64,000 nt of DNA, taken from NCBI RefSeq assembly GCF_009914755.1, contig NC_060930.1. One strand, written 5' to 3'. How positions within the stretch are numbered: position 1 is the first letter of the stretch; every line of letters starts with the position of its first letter. The position numbers and the translations under genes are program-made. The notes beneath the pieces are model-generated. The model had not been told where the DNA came from. It saw only the letters and a list, made by a program, of their open reading frames with translations, and made no database searches. Shown here piece after piece: positions 1-11,400 of the stretch. This DNA is from the human T2T-CHM13v2.0 reference genome, Homo sapiens.

Positions 1-552
1 AGCTTTTCTAATCTTCTGATTTGGGGTTCCACGCTGAGGACACAGACACTAGTCCACTGATATAAATGAATTGTAACCACTTCAGGATTCCTTTTAAGAA
101 AAAGGCATATATCTGCTAGGCCGTGCATGAATTCCTGATACATGTTCCACAGTCACAGGGGATCCTAACTGTGATGACAATGTTGAACAGATGAGTGGTA
201 AGTAAGGTAGAAGCAACTCTAGAAGCAGAATTGTCACCCACAAAGTAAAAGCATGCAAGCCACCCTAGATCTAGGCTCTTTGTGTGATTTCTGCAATACT
301 TGACTGATACTATTTGACCTTAGGAAATAAAGTCCCCAGCTCCGAAAAAACATTAGGTGTTCCAACTAAAAGACTATATTTTCCTCCCACGTGACTGCTT
401 AGAATGGTATTGAACTTTGGAAAAGACTATAAAATTTTCACATAGGGTGAGTGGAAGGGAGCATACTGACTGGGCTTGAACTGGGACTTAGAGATGATGG
501 CATACATCCGCTCTAGAGATAGAGCAGCAGCCCTCCCTATCCTTAGAGTCAT

Positions 553-571
553 GTGAGTGTGTGTGTGTGTG
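553..571. repeat. (GT)n microsatellite
   Basis: gtgagtgtgtgtgtgtgtg. Confidence 0.85.
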
Positions 572-767
572 CGAGTTTGCATATAAGTGAGTCAAGCACA
601 CTTAAATGTTACAGAAAGCACATAGAAAAATTGAAGCACACACAGACACTTAAATGTTACAGAATGTTCAAAGGGCTCCTAACTGTCCCAGAATGCTTGC
701 ATATGTTATACAGATGTCCAGGCACATTCTCTGTTTTACACATGAGCCAAGGGGTACATGGAAAAAA

Positions 768-1790
768 ATTCATGCATTCATTCTACAATTCAATAAAGTC
801 TCTGCTATAGACTAAACAGTTCTCCACCAAAATTTGTATGTTGAAGCCTTAACTTCAGTGTGACTGTATTTGGAGAAAGGGATTTTAGGAGCTAATTATG
901 GTTCAATGAGATCACAGGGGTGGAATACTAATCTGACAGGATTCAAGGCCTTATAAAAAAAGGAAAAGAGAAAGACTTCAAGTTCTCATGCACACACCAA
1001 GAAAAGACCATGTGAGCACACAGAAAGAAAGTGTCCGTCTGCAAGCTAGAAAGACTGCCCTCACTAGAACCTGACCATGCTGGCACTTTTATCTTAGACT
1101 CTAGCCTCCAAAACTCTGAGAAAATAAATTTCTATTGTCTAAGTCACCCAGTTGATGGTACTTTGTTATCACAGTACAAGGAGACTAAGACAGTCCATGT
1201 CTTCAACAAGCTTACATTCTAGAAATAAAGGGAATGGAATAGTCCAGTGCATCACTAAATCCAAGTATAATATGCCACATGGCCATAAATGCTACAAAGA
1301 AAACTACAGCAAAGAAAAGGGGGAATAAAAAATAATGGAGAATGTTATTTCATAAAATATTAAAAAATTACCTTTTTAAAATAAAATGTAAACTAAGTGA
1401 GAGGCAAAAAGAAAAAAAGAATGGAAAAGAGCATGGAAAAAGTTATGCTGCTATCTAAGGCAGAATGTTTCAGAAAAGGACCACATACACAAATGCCCTG
1501 AAGGGAGAGCATGGCAGTGGTTTTAAGGACAGCAGAGAGGCTAGGGTGCCTGTAGCAAAGTGGGAGACAGGAGGAATGACAAGAGATATGCTCTATAGTC
1601 CCAATCACCAAGGGCCTTGCAAGACATAGTTAGCACTTTGAATTTTACCTGAATGAGATGGGAAGTTTTTGGAGGAATTACTTGATCTGACTTGAATTTT
1701 AAATTATTCCATAACTTCTTTATAGGAAATGGACAGTAGAGAGGTAAAAATTAAGGAAGGAAAGGTGGTTAAAATGCTATTAAAGAGTAA
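768..1790 (-). mobile_element. L2 LINE 3' portion, split by the MLT1A LTR
   Basis: (CATT)-like L2 tail at 768-795. L2-like motifs 'aagcttacattctag', 'tgaatgagatgggaag' and 'gatctgacttgaatttt' follow the LTR. Confidence 0.65.
803..1192 (+). mobile_element. MLT1A-type MaLR solo LTR
   Basis: TG...CA ends (tgctatagact...gactaagaca). MLT1A motifs 'gaacctgaccatgctggcac' and 'gagaaaataaatttctattg'. Confidence 0.85.
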
Positions 1791-2056
1791 TATCACCAAC
1801 ATAGCCAAGTACAGTTGGCTGGCAATCATCTTCCCCCAAAAAAGGAACAAAACAGCTATAGGGAAATGAGGGAATAAACAACTGTATTTTGGCTAGAATG
1901 ACTGAGCAAGTATGCTGAGGAGCACCAAGGGAGTGGTGAAATCCTGATGGAACGTAAAAGCCCAGGATAGCACCATAGAGAGAGGAGTAAGGTATCCTGC
2001 TTCTGCCTCTGTCTCCTCTACACAGATCTGCTCAGTCTAGGGGGACCGCTTCCTAT
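1791..2056 (+). mobile_element. Old L1 (L1M-type) 5' UTR, first segment
   Basis: Begins with a YY1-like 'caacatagcc'. The sequence appears to continue at 7961-8368 and 10655-11005, across the inserted L1PA and THE1B. Confidence 0.55.
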
Positions 2057-3879
2057 TTTTAAGTTCAGGGGTACATGTGCAGGTTTGTTATTAATATGTA
2101 GGTAAACTCATCTCATGAGGGTTTGTTGTACAGATTATTTCATCACCCAAGAACTAAGCTTAGTACCCATTAGTTATTTTTCCTGATCCTCTCCCTCCTC
2201 CCACCCTCCATCCTCCAATAGGCCCCAGTTTGTGTTGTTCCCCTCTATGTGCTCACATGTTCTCATCATTTAGCTTCCACTTATAAGTGAAAACATGCAT
2301 TATTTGGTTTTCTGTTTCTGCATTAGTTTGCTAAGGATAATGGCCTCTAACTCCATCTATGTTCCTGCAAAGGAACATGAACTTGTTCTTTTTTATGCCT
2401 GCATAATATTCTGTGGTTTATATGTACCACATTTTCTTTATTCAGTCTATCATTGATGGACATTTAGATTGACTCCATGCCTTTGGAATTGTGAATAGTG
2501 CTGCAATGAACATATGTGTGCACGTGTCTTTATGATAGAACAATTTCTATTCCTTTGGGTATGTATTCAATAATGATATTACTGGGCCCAATTGTAGTAG
2601 TTCTGTTTTTAGGTTTTTGAGAAATCATCACAATGTTTTCCACCATGGTTGAACTAATTTACGTTCTCACAAACAATGTATAAACATTCCTTTTTCTTTG
2701 CAACCTCACTAGCACCTGTTATTTTTTTACTTTTTAATGATAGCCATTCTGACTGATGTGAGATGGTATCTCATGGTGGTTTTGTTTGTATTTCTCTAAT
2801 GATCAATGATGTTTAGGGTTTTTTTTTTTTTCATTTGCTTGTTGGCTGAGTGTATGTCTTCTTTTGAAGTGTTTGTTCATGTCCTTTGCCCACTTTTTAA
2901 TGGGACTGTTATTTTTTCCTCTTGTACATTTGTTTAAGTTCCTTATAGATGCGGGATATTAGACCTTTGTCAGATGCATATTTTGCAAATATATTATTTC
3001 ATTGTGTAGCTTTCTGTTTATTCTGTTGATAGTTTCTTTTGTTGTGCAGAAGCTCTTTAGTTTAATTAGATTCCATTTGTCAATTTTTGCTTGTGCTGCA
3101 ATTGCTTTTGGTGTCTTCACCATAAGATCTTTGCCCATTCCTATGTCCAGAATGGCATTGTTTAGGTCGTCTTCCAGAGTTTTTATAGCTTTGGGTTTTA
3201 TATTTAAATCTTTAATCCATCTTGAGTTTATTTTTTAGATGGTGTAAGGAAGGGTTCCAGTTTCAGTCTTCTGTATATGGCTAGCCAGTTATCCCAGCAC
3301 CATTTATTGAATAAAGAGTGCTTTCCCCATTGCTTGTTTTTGTCAGCTTTGTCAAAGATCAGATGGTTGTAAGTGTGTGACATTATTTCTGGGCTCTCTA
3401 TTCTGTTCCATTGGTCTATGTGTCTGTTTTTGTACCACTACCATGCTGTTTTGTTTATGTACCCCTGTAGTATAGTTTGAAATAAAGTAGTGTGAAGCCT
3501 CCAACTTTGCTCTTTTTGCTTAGGATTGCCTTGGCTATTGGGGTTCCTTCACGGTTTCATATGAATTTTAATATCGTTTTTTCTAGTTCTGTGAAGAATG
3601 TGATTGGTAGTATGATAGAAACAGCATTGAATCTATAAACTGCTTTGGGCAGTATAGCCATTTTAATGAGATTGATTCTTCCTATCAATGAGCATAAAAT
3701 ATTTTTCCATTTATTTGTGTCACCTTTGATTTATTTTAGCAGTGTTTTGTAGATCTCTTTGTAGAGATCTTTCACCTCCTTGGTTAGCTGTATTCCTAGG
3801 TATTTTGTTCTTTTTGTGGCAATTGTGAATGGGATTGCATTCTTGATTTGCTCTTGGCTTGGCTGTTGTTGGTTTATAG

Positions 3880-4215
3880 CAGGGGTACTGAACCCCTGGG
3901 CCATGTACTGGTTCGTGGCCTGTTAGCAACCGGGCCACACGGCAGGAGATGAGCAGCAGGTGAGCAAGTACTACCACCTGCTTCGCCACCTTTCAGATCA
4001 ACAGCAGCATTAGATTCTCATAGGAGTGCAAATCCCATCGTGAACTATGCATGCAAGGGATCCCAGTTGCATGCTCCTTATGAGAATCTAATGCCTGATG
4101 ATCTGGGGTGCAACAGTTTCATCCCAAAACCTTTCCCCACTCTCTGCCACTCGTCCATGGAAAAATAGTCTTCCGTGAAACCATTCTCTGGTGCCAAAAA
4201 GGTTAGGGACTGCTG
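3880..4215 (+). mobile_element. MER1B (hAT-Charlie MITE) inserted in L1 ORF2
   Basis: caggggt...gggactgctg termini. Perfect 8-bp TSD GTTTATAG at 3872-3879 and 4216-4223. Confidence 0.92.
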
Positions 4216-6040
4216 GTTTATAGGAATGCAAGTGATTTTTGTGTATTAATTTTTTATCCTGAAACATTGCTGAAGTAATTTATCAGCTTGAGGAGCTTTT
4301 CGGTTGAGACTATGAGGTTTTTTAGATATGGAATCATGTCATCTGCAAACAGCAATAGTTAGACTTTCTCTCTTTTCTTTCTATTTGGATGCCCTTTGTT
4401 TCTTTGTCTTGCCTGATTGCTCTGGCCAGGACTCCCATTATTATGTTGAATAGGCATGGTGAGAGAGGGCATCCTTGTCTTGGGCCTGTTTTTAAGGGGA
4501 ATGCTTACAGCTTTTGCCCATTTAGTATGACTTTGGCTGTGGATTTTTTATACATGGCTCTTATAATTTTGAGGTATGTTTCTTCAGTTCATTGAGAGTT
4601 TTTAACATGAAGGATGTTGAATTTTATCAAAAGCCTTTTATGCATTAATTGAGATAATCATGTTTTTTGTCTTTAGTTCTGTTTATGTGATTAATCACAT
4701 TTATTGATTTGCATTTGTTGAACCAACCTTGCATCCCAGGGATAATGCCTACTTGATATTGTTGGATATACTTTTTAATGTGCTGCTGGATTTTGTTTGC
4801 CAGTATTTTCTTGAGGATTTTTCCTCGATTTTCATCAAGGATATTGGCTTGAAGTTTTCTTTTATTGTTGTATCTCTGCCAGGTTTTAGTATCAGGATGA
4901 TGCTGGTCTCATAGAATGAGTTAGGAAGGACTCCCTCCTCCTTAATTTTTTGAAATAGTTTCAATAAGAATGGTACCAGCTCTTCTCTGTACCTCTGGAA
5001 GAATTTGGCCGTGATTCTATCTGGTCCTGGGTTTTTATTTTTTATTGGTATGCTATTTATTACTGATTCATTTTTGGAGCTTGTTATTGGTCTGTTCAGG
5101 GATTCAGTTTCATCTTGGCTCAGTCTTGGGAAAGTGTATGAGATAAGGAATGTATCCATTTCTTCTATATTTTCTAGTTTGTGTGCATAGAGGTGTTCAT
5201 AATATTCTCTGATGGTTATTTGTAATTCTGTGGGGTCAGTGGTCAGATACCCTTTTGTCATCTCTGATTGTGTTTACTTGCATCTTCTCTCTTTTCTTAT
5301 TAGTTTAGCTAGTGATTTATTGTATTAGTTTTTTCAAAAAACCAACTCTTGGAGAATCTGATGATTATGCGTCTTGGGGATGATCTTGTGAAATATCTTA
5401 CTGTGGTCCCCTGTGTTTTCTGAATTTGAATGTTGGCCTCTCTAGCTAGGTTGGGGAAGTCCTCATGGATGATATCCTCAAGTATGTTCTCCGAGTTGCT
5501 TACACTATTCCTGTCTCTTTCAGGGGCACCAGTCGGTCATAGATTTGATCTCTTTACATAATCCCATATTTCCCAGAAGTTTTGTTCATTCTTTTTAATC
5601 TGCTCTTGTCTAAATGTCTTATTTCAGACAGCCAGTCTTCAAGCTGTTAGATTCTTTCCTCCACTTGGTCCATTCTGCTATTAATACTTGTGAGTGTATT
5701 ACGAAATTCTTGTAGTGTGTTTTTCAGTTCTATCAGGTTGGTTACATTCTTTTCTATACTGACTATTTTGTCTGTCATCTCCTGCATCGTTTTATTATGA
5801 TTATTAGCTTCTTTGGATTGGGTTTCAACGTACTCCTGCATCTCAATTATCTTCATTCCTATCCATTTTCTGAATTCTATTTTTGTCATTTCAGTCATCT
5901 CAGCCCAATCTAAAACCCTTTCTGCAGAGGTAGCATAGGGGAGAAAAGATAGCACTCTGGCTTCTTGAATTGTCAGAGATCTTTTGCTGGTTCTTTCTCA
6001 TGTCTGTGAACTGATATTTCTTCAATCTTTAAAGTTGCTG

Positions 6041-6337
6041 GGCCAGGCATGGTGGCTCACACCTGTAACCCCAGCACTTTGGGAGATCGAGGCAGGAGGA
6101 TCATGAGGTCAGGAGATCGAGACCATCCTGGCTAATATGGTGAAACCTTGTCTTTACTAAAAATACAAAAAATTAGCCGGGCATGGTGAGGGGTCTCCTG
6201 TAGTCCCAGCTACTCGGGAGGCTGAGCTGAGGCAGGAGAATGGCGTGAACCCAGTGGAGCTTTCAGTAAGCCGAGATCGCACCACTGCACTCCAATCTGG
6301 GTGACAGAGCAAGACTCTGCGTCAAAAAAAAAAAAAA
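6041..6337 (+). mobile_element. AluY-like SINE inserted in the L1
   Basis: Diagnostic 'gagatcgagaccatcctggctaa' and 'gaatggcgtgaacc'. A tail 6324-6337. TSD core GTTGCTG at 6034-6040 and 6339-6345. Confidence 0.93.
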
Positions 6338-7960
6338 TGTTGCTGACATTTGGATTTTTTTTCTTTTATTCTATTTGATGACCTTGAGGATTTGATTGTA
6401 GTATAACAAAGGTTCAGCCAACTGGCTTCATTTCTGGAAGATTTTAGAATGCCAGCACTCAGCTACCACCTCCTGGACTGTATGCTTTAACTCTGGGGGA
6501 CTTGTATCAGGGCTCAATTTTGTTCTCTGGCTCCTCGAGGAATCCTCTGCGCTGGTGGAGGAAGTGGGGAGTGAGGTGCTCCTGGACTACTGGTCACTAC
6601 ACTCTGATGGGTAGTGTCAGCCAAAATGTTTCGTAGTGCTGCGACAGTGGGATCCATCTTCACTGGCACATGTCACCAGCAGCATCAGTGGCAGCACAGC
6701 AGGGTGCATGCTCATCGAATGTGGCAGGGTGCTAGTGATTGGTGGGGTGCCTGCCTCTGTGTGGATGTTCACCACAGAGGTCCAGGCAGCATGGCTTGGG
6801 TGGCAGTGGGGGACCCAGCTGGCAACTATGCATGTGGACATGCTGATGTTAGCGTGGGAGTGGAGTGCTGGCATGTGCAGGACTTTGTGCCACAGGCAGG
6901 GGAGTTCACTCAGGGTGAGGAGGATCCACTGTTCTCTGTACCTAGTTTCACTCCTGTGACAGTGTTCATGCAAGGGCAGGGTGCTGGTGGGGGTCTGGCT
7001 GGCTGTCTCTGTGTGTGCCAAGGCTCTAACTGCAATGGTGATATGGCAGGGGGGATAGGGACAGAGTGCACCTCCACCAGAGCAGTGGTAGGGTACGGTG
7101 TATGCACACATGAGCACTGGTGGGGCAGAGAAGGCTATTACACACACACCAGCACCACCAAAGGGAAGGCTATACCACACTCACATACCAGCACACACAT
7201 GCCAGCAAAGCAATGTAGAGGGTGTCCATGGGCCTGGGGTAGGGTGCAGTGAGGGGAGAGAGTTGGTGGGTTGGTGCATGGCCATGGGGCCCACTCTGCT
7301 GGACCTCTCCACTAGTCAGGTAGGGTTCCCCAGTGCAAGAGCTGTGATGTGGATCCCCAGGGCACCCAAGGCTGCTCTGCAGGCAGGCACAGCTAGACTA
7401 GGACCCTGGGACAGGCCAGCAGACTGAGGGGTGCTCAGGTCTGGCTGGCCCAGTCTGATGGGCAATATTGCCCAGTAGAATTCAGGTCCAACATTTCTCC
7501 TAGGGCTAAAGTCTCCTATGGGAGTAAGCTGAACCTAGGTAGATGGACATCCCTGGTCAGACTTCACTAACGATGCTGTCACATCAAACCCTCTGGTCTT
7601 CACATCAGCTGGTGTGCTGCCCCTACCACTTCACTGAGCAGCTCTCCCTGTCATCTTGAGTGTTTGTGGTGGTTGAGGGGTATCTTCGTGCCCACATTCA
7701 TAGGCCCATGGCCAGAAGAGATTGCTCCTTACCATTTCAACTCACCCATTACCTCAGAATCACTGGGGGCCAGGAAACAGTCCTGGTATGTTGCAGGGTT
7801 CCCAGCTTGCTTCCCCTTCCGCTTATATTGTATGTTTTCCCTCTGTCTACTCTCAGTGCCTTCCCTCTGAAGATCTGTTAGGAGTGTGCCAGTCATTTTG
7901 GTCTCTTGGTAGCAGCTGTTCCATCTGGCTGTGTCTAGCTTGGCATCTTGCCCAGCACCC

Positions 7961-8368
7961 AGGACATATTCTTATAGAGAAAAGGTAAGTTGGAGAACAC
8001 TGGGGGTCCCCATTGCCACCACAGATGCCAATACCAGCTGTCCTTGCTATGGAAGAGTCTCTTATTCCTGATAAGCCCCAAATCTAGTTTGCAGTGTTGC
8101 CAGGAGTTTGTAAATTCATGGGGTGACATGGCCTCAGAGGAGAAGCACCTCATCCACAACTTGCACCTTCCACCCCTGCAACTTAATCTGCTAAAGCATG
8201 GTGCCATCTTGAATCCAAACTCACTGAAAGAATGTGTCTTGCCCTGGGGGACAGTAACTACTGTCTCTCTTCATCCCTGAGGCCCTGCTGTCATTCCACC
8301 ATGTTAACATGGTGCATGCAACACACTACCCTGGCAGCCCAGACTTTAGGTCTTTTGGAATGACTGAG
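7961..8368 (+). mobile_element. Old L1 (L1M-type) 5' UTR, second segment
   Basis: 'gaaaaggtaagttggagaac...ccccattgccaccacaga...gtccttgcta' resembles L1M1/L1M2 5' ends. Confidence 0.55.
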
Positions 8369-10654
8369 TGCATTAGTCCATTTCACACTCCTGATAACGA
8401 CGTACCCAAGACTGGTAATTTGTAAGAAAATGAGGTTTATTGAACTCACAGTTCCACGTGGCTGGGGAGGCCTCACAATCATGGTGGAAAGCGAAAGGCG
8501 CATCTTACATGGTGGCAGACATGAGGGAAAATGAAAACCAAGTGAAAAGGGAAAACCCTTATAAAACCATCAGCTCTCTTGAGACTTATTCACTACCACA
8601 AGAACAGTATGGGAGAAACCACCCCCATGAATAAATTATCTTTTACTGGGTCCCTCCCACAACACATGGGAATTATGGGAGTTACAATTCAAGATGACAT
8701 TTGGGTGGGAACAAAGCAAAACCATATCATTCTGCCCATGGCCCCTCCCAAATCTCATGTCTTCACATTTCAAAGCCAATCATGCCTTTCCAATAGTTCT
8801 CCATAGGCTTAACTCATTTCAGCATTAACTCAAATGTCCATGGTCCACAGTCTCATCCGAGACAGGGCAAGTCCCTTCTTCCTATAAGCCTGTAAAATCA
8901 AAAGCAAGTTATTACTTCCTGGACACAGTGGGGGTACAGGTATTGGATAAATACACCCATTTCAGTGGGAGAAATTGGCCAAAATGAAGTGTCTAAAGGC
9001 CCCATGCAAGACAGAAATCCAGCGGGGCACTCAAATCTTAAAGAAGCTCCAAAATGACATCCTTTAACTCGATGTCTTACATCCAGGTCACACTGATGCA
9101 AGAGGTGGATCCCTATGGTCTTGGGCAGCTCTGCCCCTGTGGCTTTGCAGGGTATAGCCTCATTCCTGGATGCTTTCACAGGCTGGTGTTGAGTATCTGC
9201 AGCTTTTCCAGGCTCAAGCTGTTGGTGGATCTACCATTCCAGGGTCTGGAGGACAGTGGTCCTTTTCTCACAGCTCCACTAGTTAGTGCCCCATTGGGGT
9301 TCTGTGTGGGGCCTTCACCCCTACATTTCCCTTCTGCACTGCCCTAGCAGAGCTTCTCCATGAGGGCCCTGCCCCTGCAGCAAACTTCTGCCTGGACATC
9401 CAGGCATTTCCATACATCCTTTGAAATCTAGGCAGAGGTTTCCAAACCTCAATCCTTGACTTCTGTGCACTTACAGGTTCAACACCACATGGAAGCCGCA
9501 AGGCTTGGGGCTTGCACCCTCTGAAGCCACGGTCTGAGCTGTACCTTGGCCCCTTTCAGCCATGGCTGCAGCAGCTGGGAGGCAGAGCACCAAGTCCCTA
9601 GGCTGCACACAGCAGGGGGGCCCTGGACCCAGCCCACTAAACCATTTTTCCCTCCCAGGCCTGTGATGGGAGGGGCTGCTGCAAAGGTCTCTGACATGCC
9701 CTGGAGACATTTTCCCCATTGTTTTGGCAATTAACATTTGGCTTCTCATTAACTTATGCAAATTTCTGCAGCAGGCTTGAATTTCTCCTCAGAAAATGGG
9801 TTTTTCTTTTCTATCACATCATCAGGCTGCAAATTTTTTGAACTTTTATGCTCTGTTTCCCCTTTAAAACTGAATGCTATTAACAGCACCCAAGTCATCT
9901 CTTGAATGCTTTGCTGCTTAGAAATTTCTTCTGCCAGATATTGTAAATCATCTCCATTAAGGTCAAGTTTCCACAAATCTCTAGGGCAGGGACAAAATGC
10001 CACCAGTCACCTTGCAAAAACATAGCAAGAGTCACCTTTACTCCAGTTCGCAACAAGTTCCTCATTTCCATTTGAGACTACCTCTGCCTGGATTCCACTG
10101 TCCATATCATTACCAACATTTTGGTCAAAATCATTCAGCAAGTCTCTAGGAAGTTCCAAACTTTCCCACATTTTTCTGTCTTCTTCTGAGCCCTCCAAAC
10201 TGTTCCAACCTCTGCCTGTTACCCAGTGCCAAATGCTTCCACATTTTTGAGTATCTTTACAGGAGTGCCCCACTCTACTAGTACTAATTTAATGTATTAG
10301 TCTGTTTTCACACTGCTGATAAAGGCATACCCAAAACAGGGTAATTTATGAGAAAAAGAGGTTTAATAAACTCACAGTTTCACGTGGCTGGAGTGGCCTC
10401 ATAATCATGGCAGAAAGCAAAAGCCATGTCTTACATGGCGGCAGACAAGAGAGAAAATGAAAGCCAAGCAAAAAGGGAAACCCCTTATAAGACCATCAGA
10501 TCTTGTAGACTTATTCACTACCACGAGAACACTATGGGGAAAACTGCCCCCATGATTCAATTATCTCCCACTGGATCCCTCCTACAACGCATAAGAATTA
10601 TAGGAGCTACAATTCAAGATGAGATTTGGGTGAGAACAAAGCCAGACCATATCA
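8369..10654 (-). mobile_element. Complete THE1B MaLR provirus (3' LTR 8369-8729, internal 8730-10292, 5' LTR 10293-10654)
   Basis: Two direct ~360-bp LTRs ending 'accatatca'. Perfect 5-bp TSD CTGAG at 8364-8368 and 10655-10659. MaLR internal ORF remnants (9749-10003 MAFCPCPRDLW...LAEEISKQQSIQE; 10007-10273). Confidence 0.95.
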
Positions 10655-11005
10655 CTGAGACCCCTAAATCTGAATCCATGCAGCATCCCCACCCTAGGGA
10701 AAAGGCAGTCCCGCATAGCAAGAAAAGTATTAGCACAGCTAGTTCAGCAGCAGACGCATCTCCCACAAGAGACCACTGCACTGCCACATGGCCCACTGGG
10801 CCGACACCCAGCCCAACAGTCAGTCTAGCATGAGCCGTCTGTTTCCAGAGAGACTGCTGCACAGTCATTCAGCTCACTGCATCCACAACCAGCCCGACAG
10901 ACAGTCGAGCCACATCCTTGCTTCCCTAAAGGCACCACAATACTGTTGCTTGGCTCACTGCAGCAGCACAAGCCCACACCCAGTGGTATGAGAAAAACTC
11001 AGGAC
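10655..11005 (+). mobile_element. Old L1 5' UTR, third segment
   Basis: GC-richer sequence continuing from the THE1B TSD ('acccctaaatctgaatccatgcagc...ccctagggaaaaggcag'). Confidence 0.45.
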
Positions 11006-11006
11006 T

Positions 11007-11250
11007 GTATTGTCTCTCCCAAACTGAAAGGAAACTGAGAGACCAAAAATATTACTAGAAAAGTCCAGTTTGATGAGTAGATGAGTTTATTAGGACTTAC
11101 ATACAGGGCACTCCTGGATGGTGGCAGGACAGCTGTAGAGGTCTGTACCACCTACCATCTCTAAAATGCTTTTAAGCTCATTTTCTGGCTCTTGCCTGCT
11201 CTGTTTGAGTGATGAGAGGTAGGTTTTCAGATACTCTTTAGGATGTTTTT
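11007..11250 (-). mobile_element. ERVL-class LTR fragment (LTR47-like)
   Basis: 'gagtagatgagtttattaggacttacatacagggcactcctgga' contains the minus-strand AATAAA of an LTR. Subfamily is tentative. Confidence 0.55.
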
Positions 11251-11294
11251 TTCTTATATAGCTAAAGGTTTTTTAATTTTTTTTATCGATTGAA

Positions 11295-11400
11295 GAAGAG
11301 TATTAAATAGGGATGGTAAGACACAGCTCTATTATGGATATATTCCAAAAGAAGAGTCAAGATGATTTGCTGATAAATTTGAGGCTGTAACTGACACGCA
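11295..11400 (-). mobile_element. L2 fragment, colinear continuation of the 768-1790 L2
   Basis: 'tggatatattccaaaagaagagtcaagatgatttgctgataaatttgagg' resembles L2 'tggatatattttgaaggtagagccaacaggatttgctgatggattgg'. Confidence 0.6.

Larger units (their letters stand above)
2057..7960 (-). mobile_element. L1PA13-15/L1PREC2-class LINE-1 with 5' UTR and an internal ORF1-ORF2 deletion
   Basis: 3' UTR 'ttcaggggtacatgtgcaggtttgtta...'. ORF2 frame 4749-5261 ([25 protein letters not shown]...FKPISLM). ORF1 coiled-coil frame 5647-5955. GC-rich 5' UTR ending with CAAGATG on the minus strand at ~7944-7950. Confidence 0.92.

Noticed and set aside
4749-5955. 170-aa and 102-aa ORFs with real protein similarity
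   Set aside because: They are decayed L1 ORF2 and ORF1 fragments, not host genes.
6614-7252. Longest ORF in the window (212 aa) and overlapping 187-aa antisense ORF
   Set aside because: Both lie in the GC-rich L1 5' UTR, where stop codons are scarce. They use non-ATG starts and show no recognisable domain.
2042-7975. TSD for the large L1 (gggaccgcttcctat vs aggacatattcttat)
   Set aside because: Only 10/15 identical. Plausible, but too degenerate to use as evidence.
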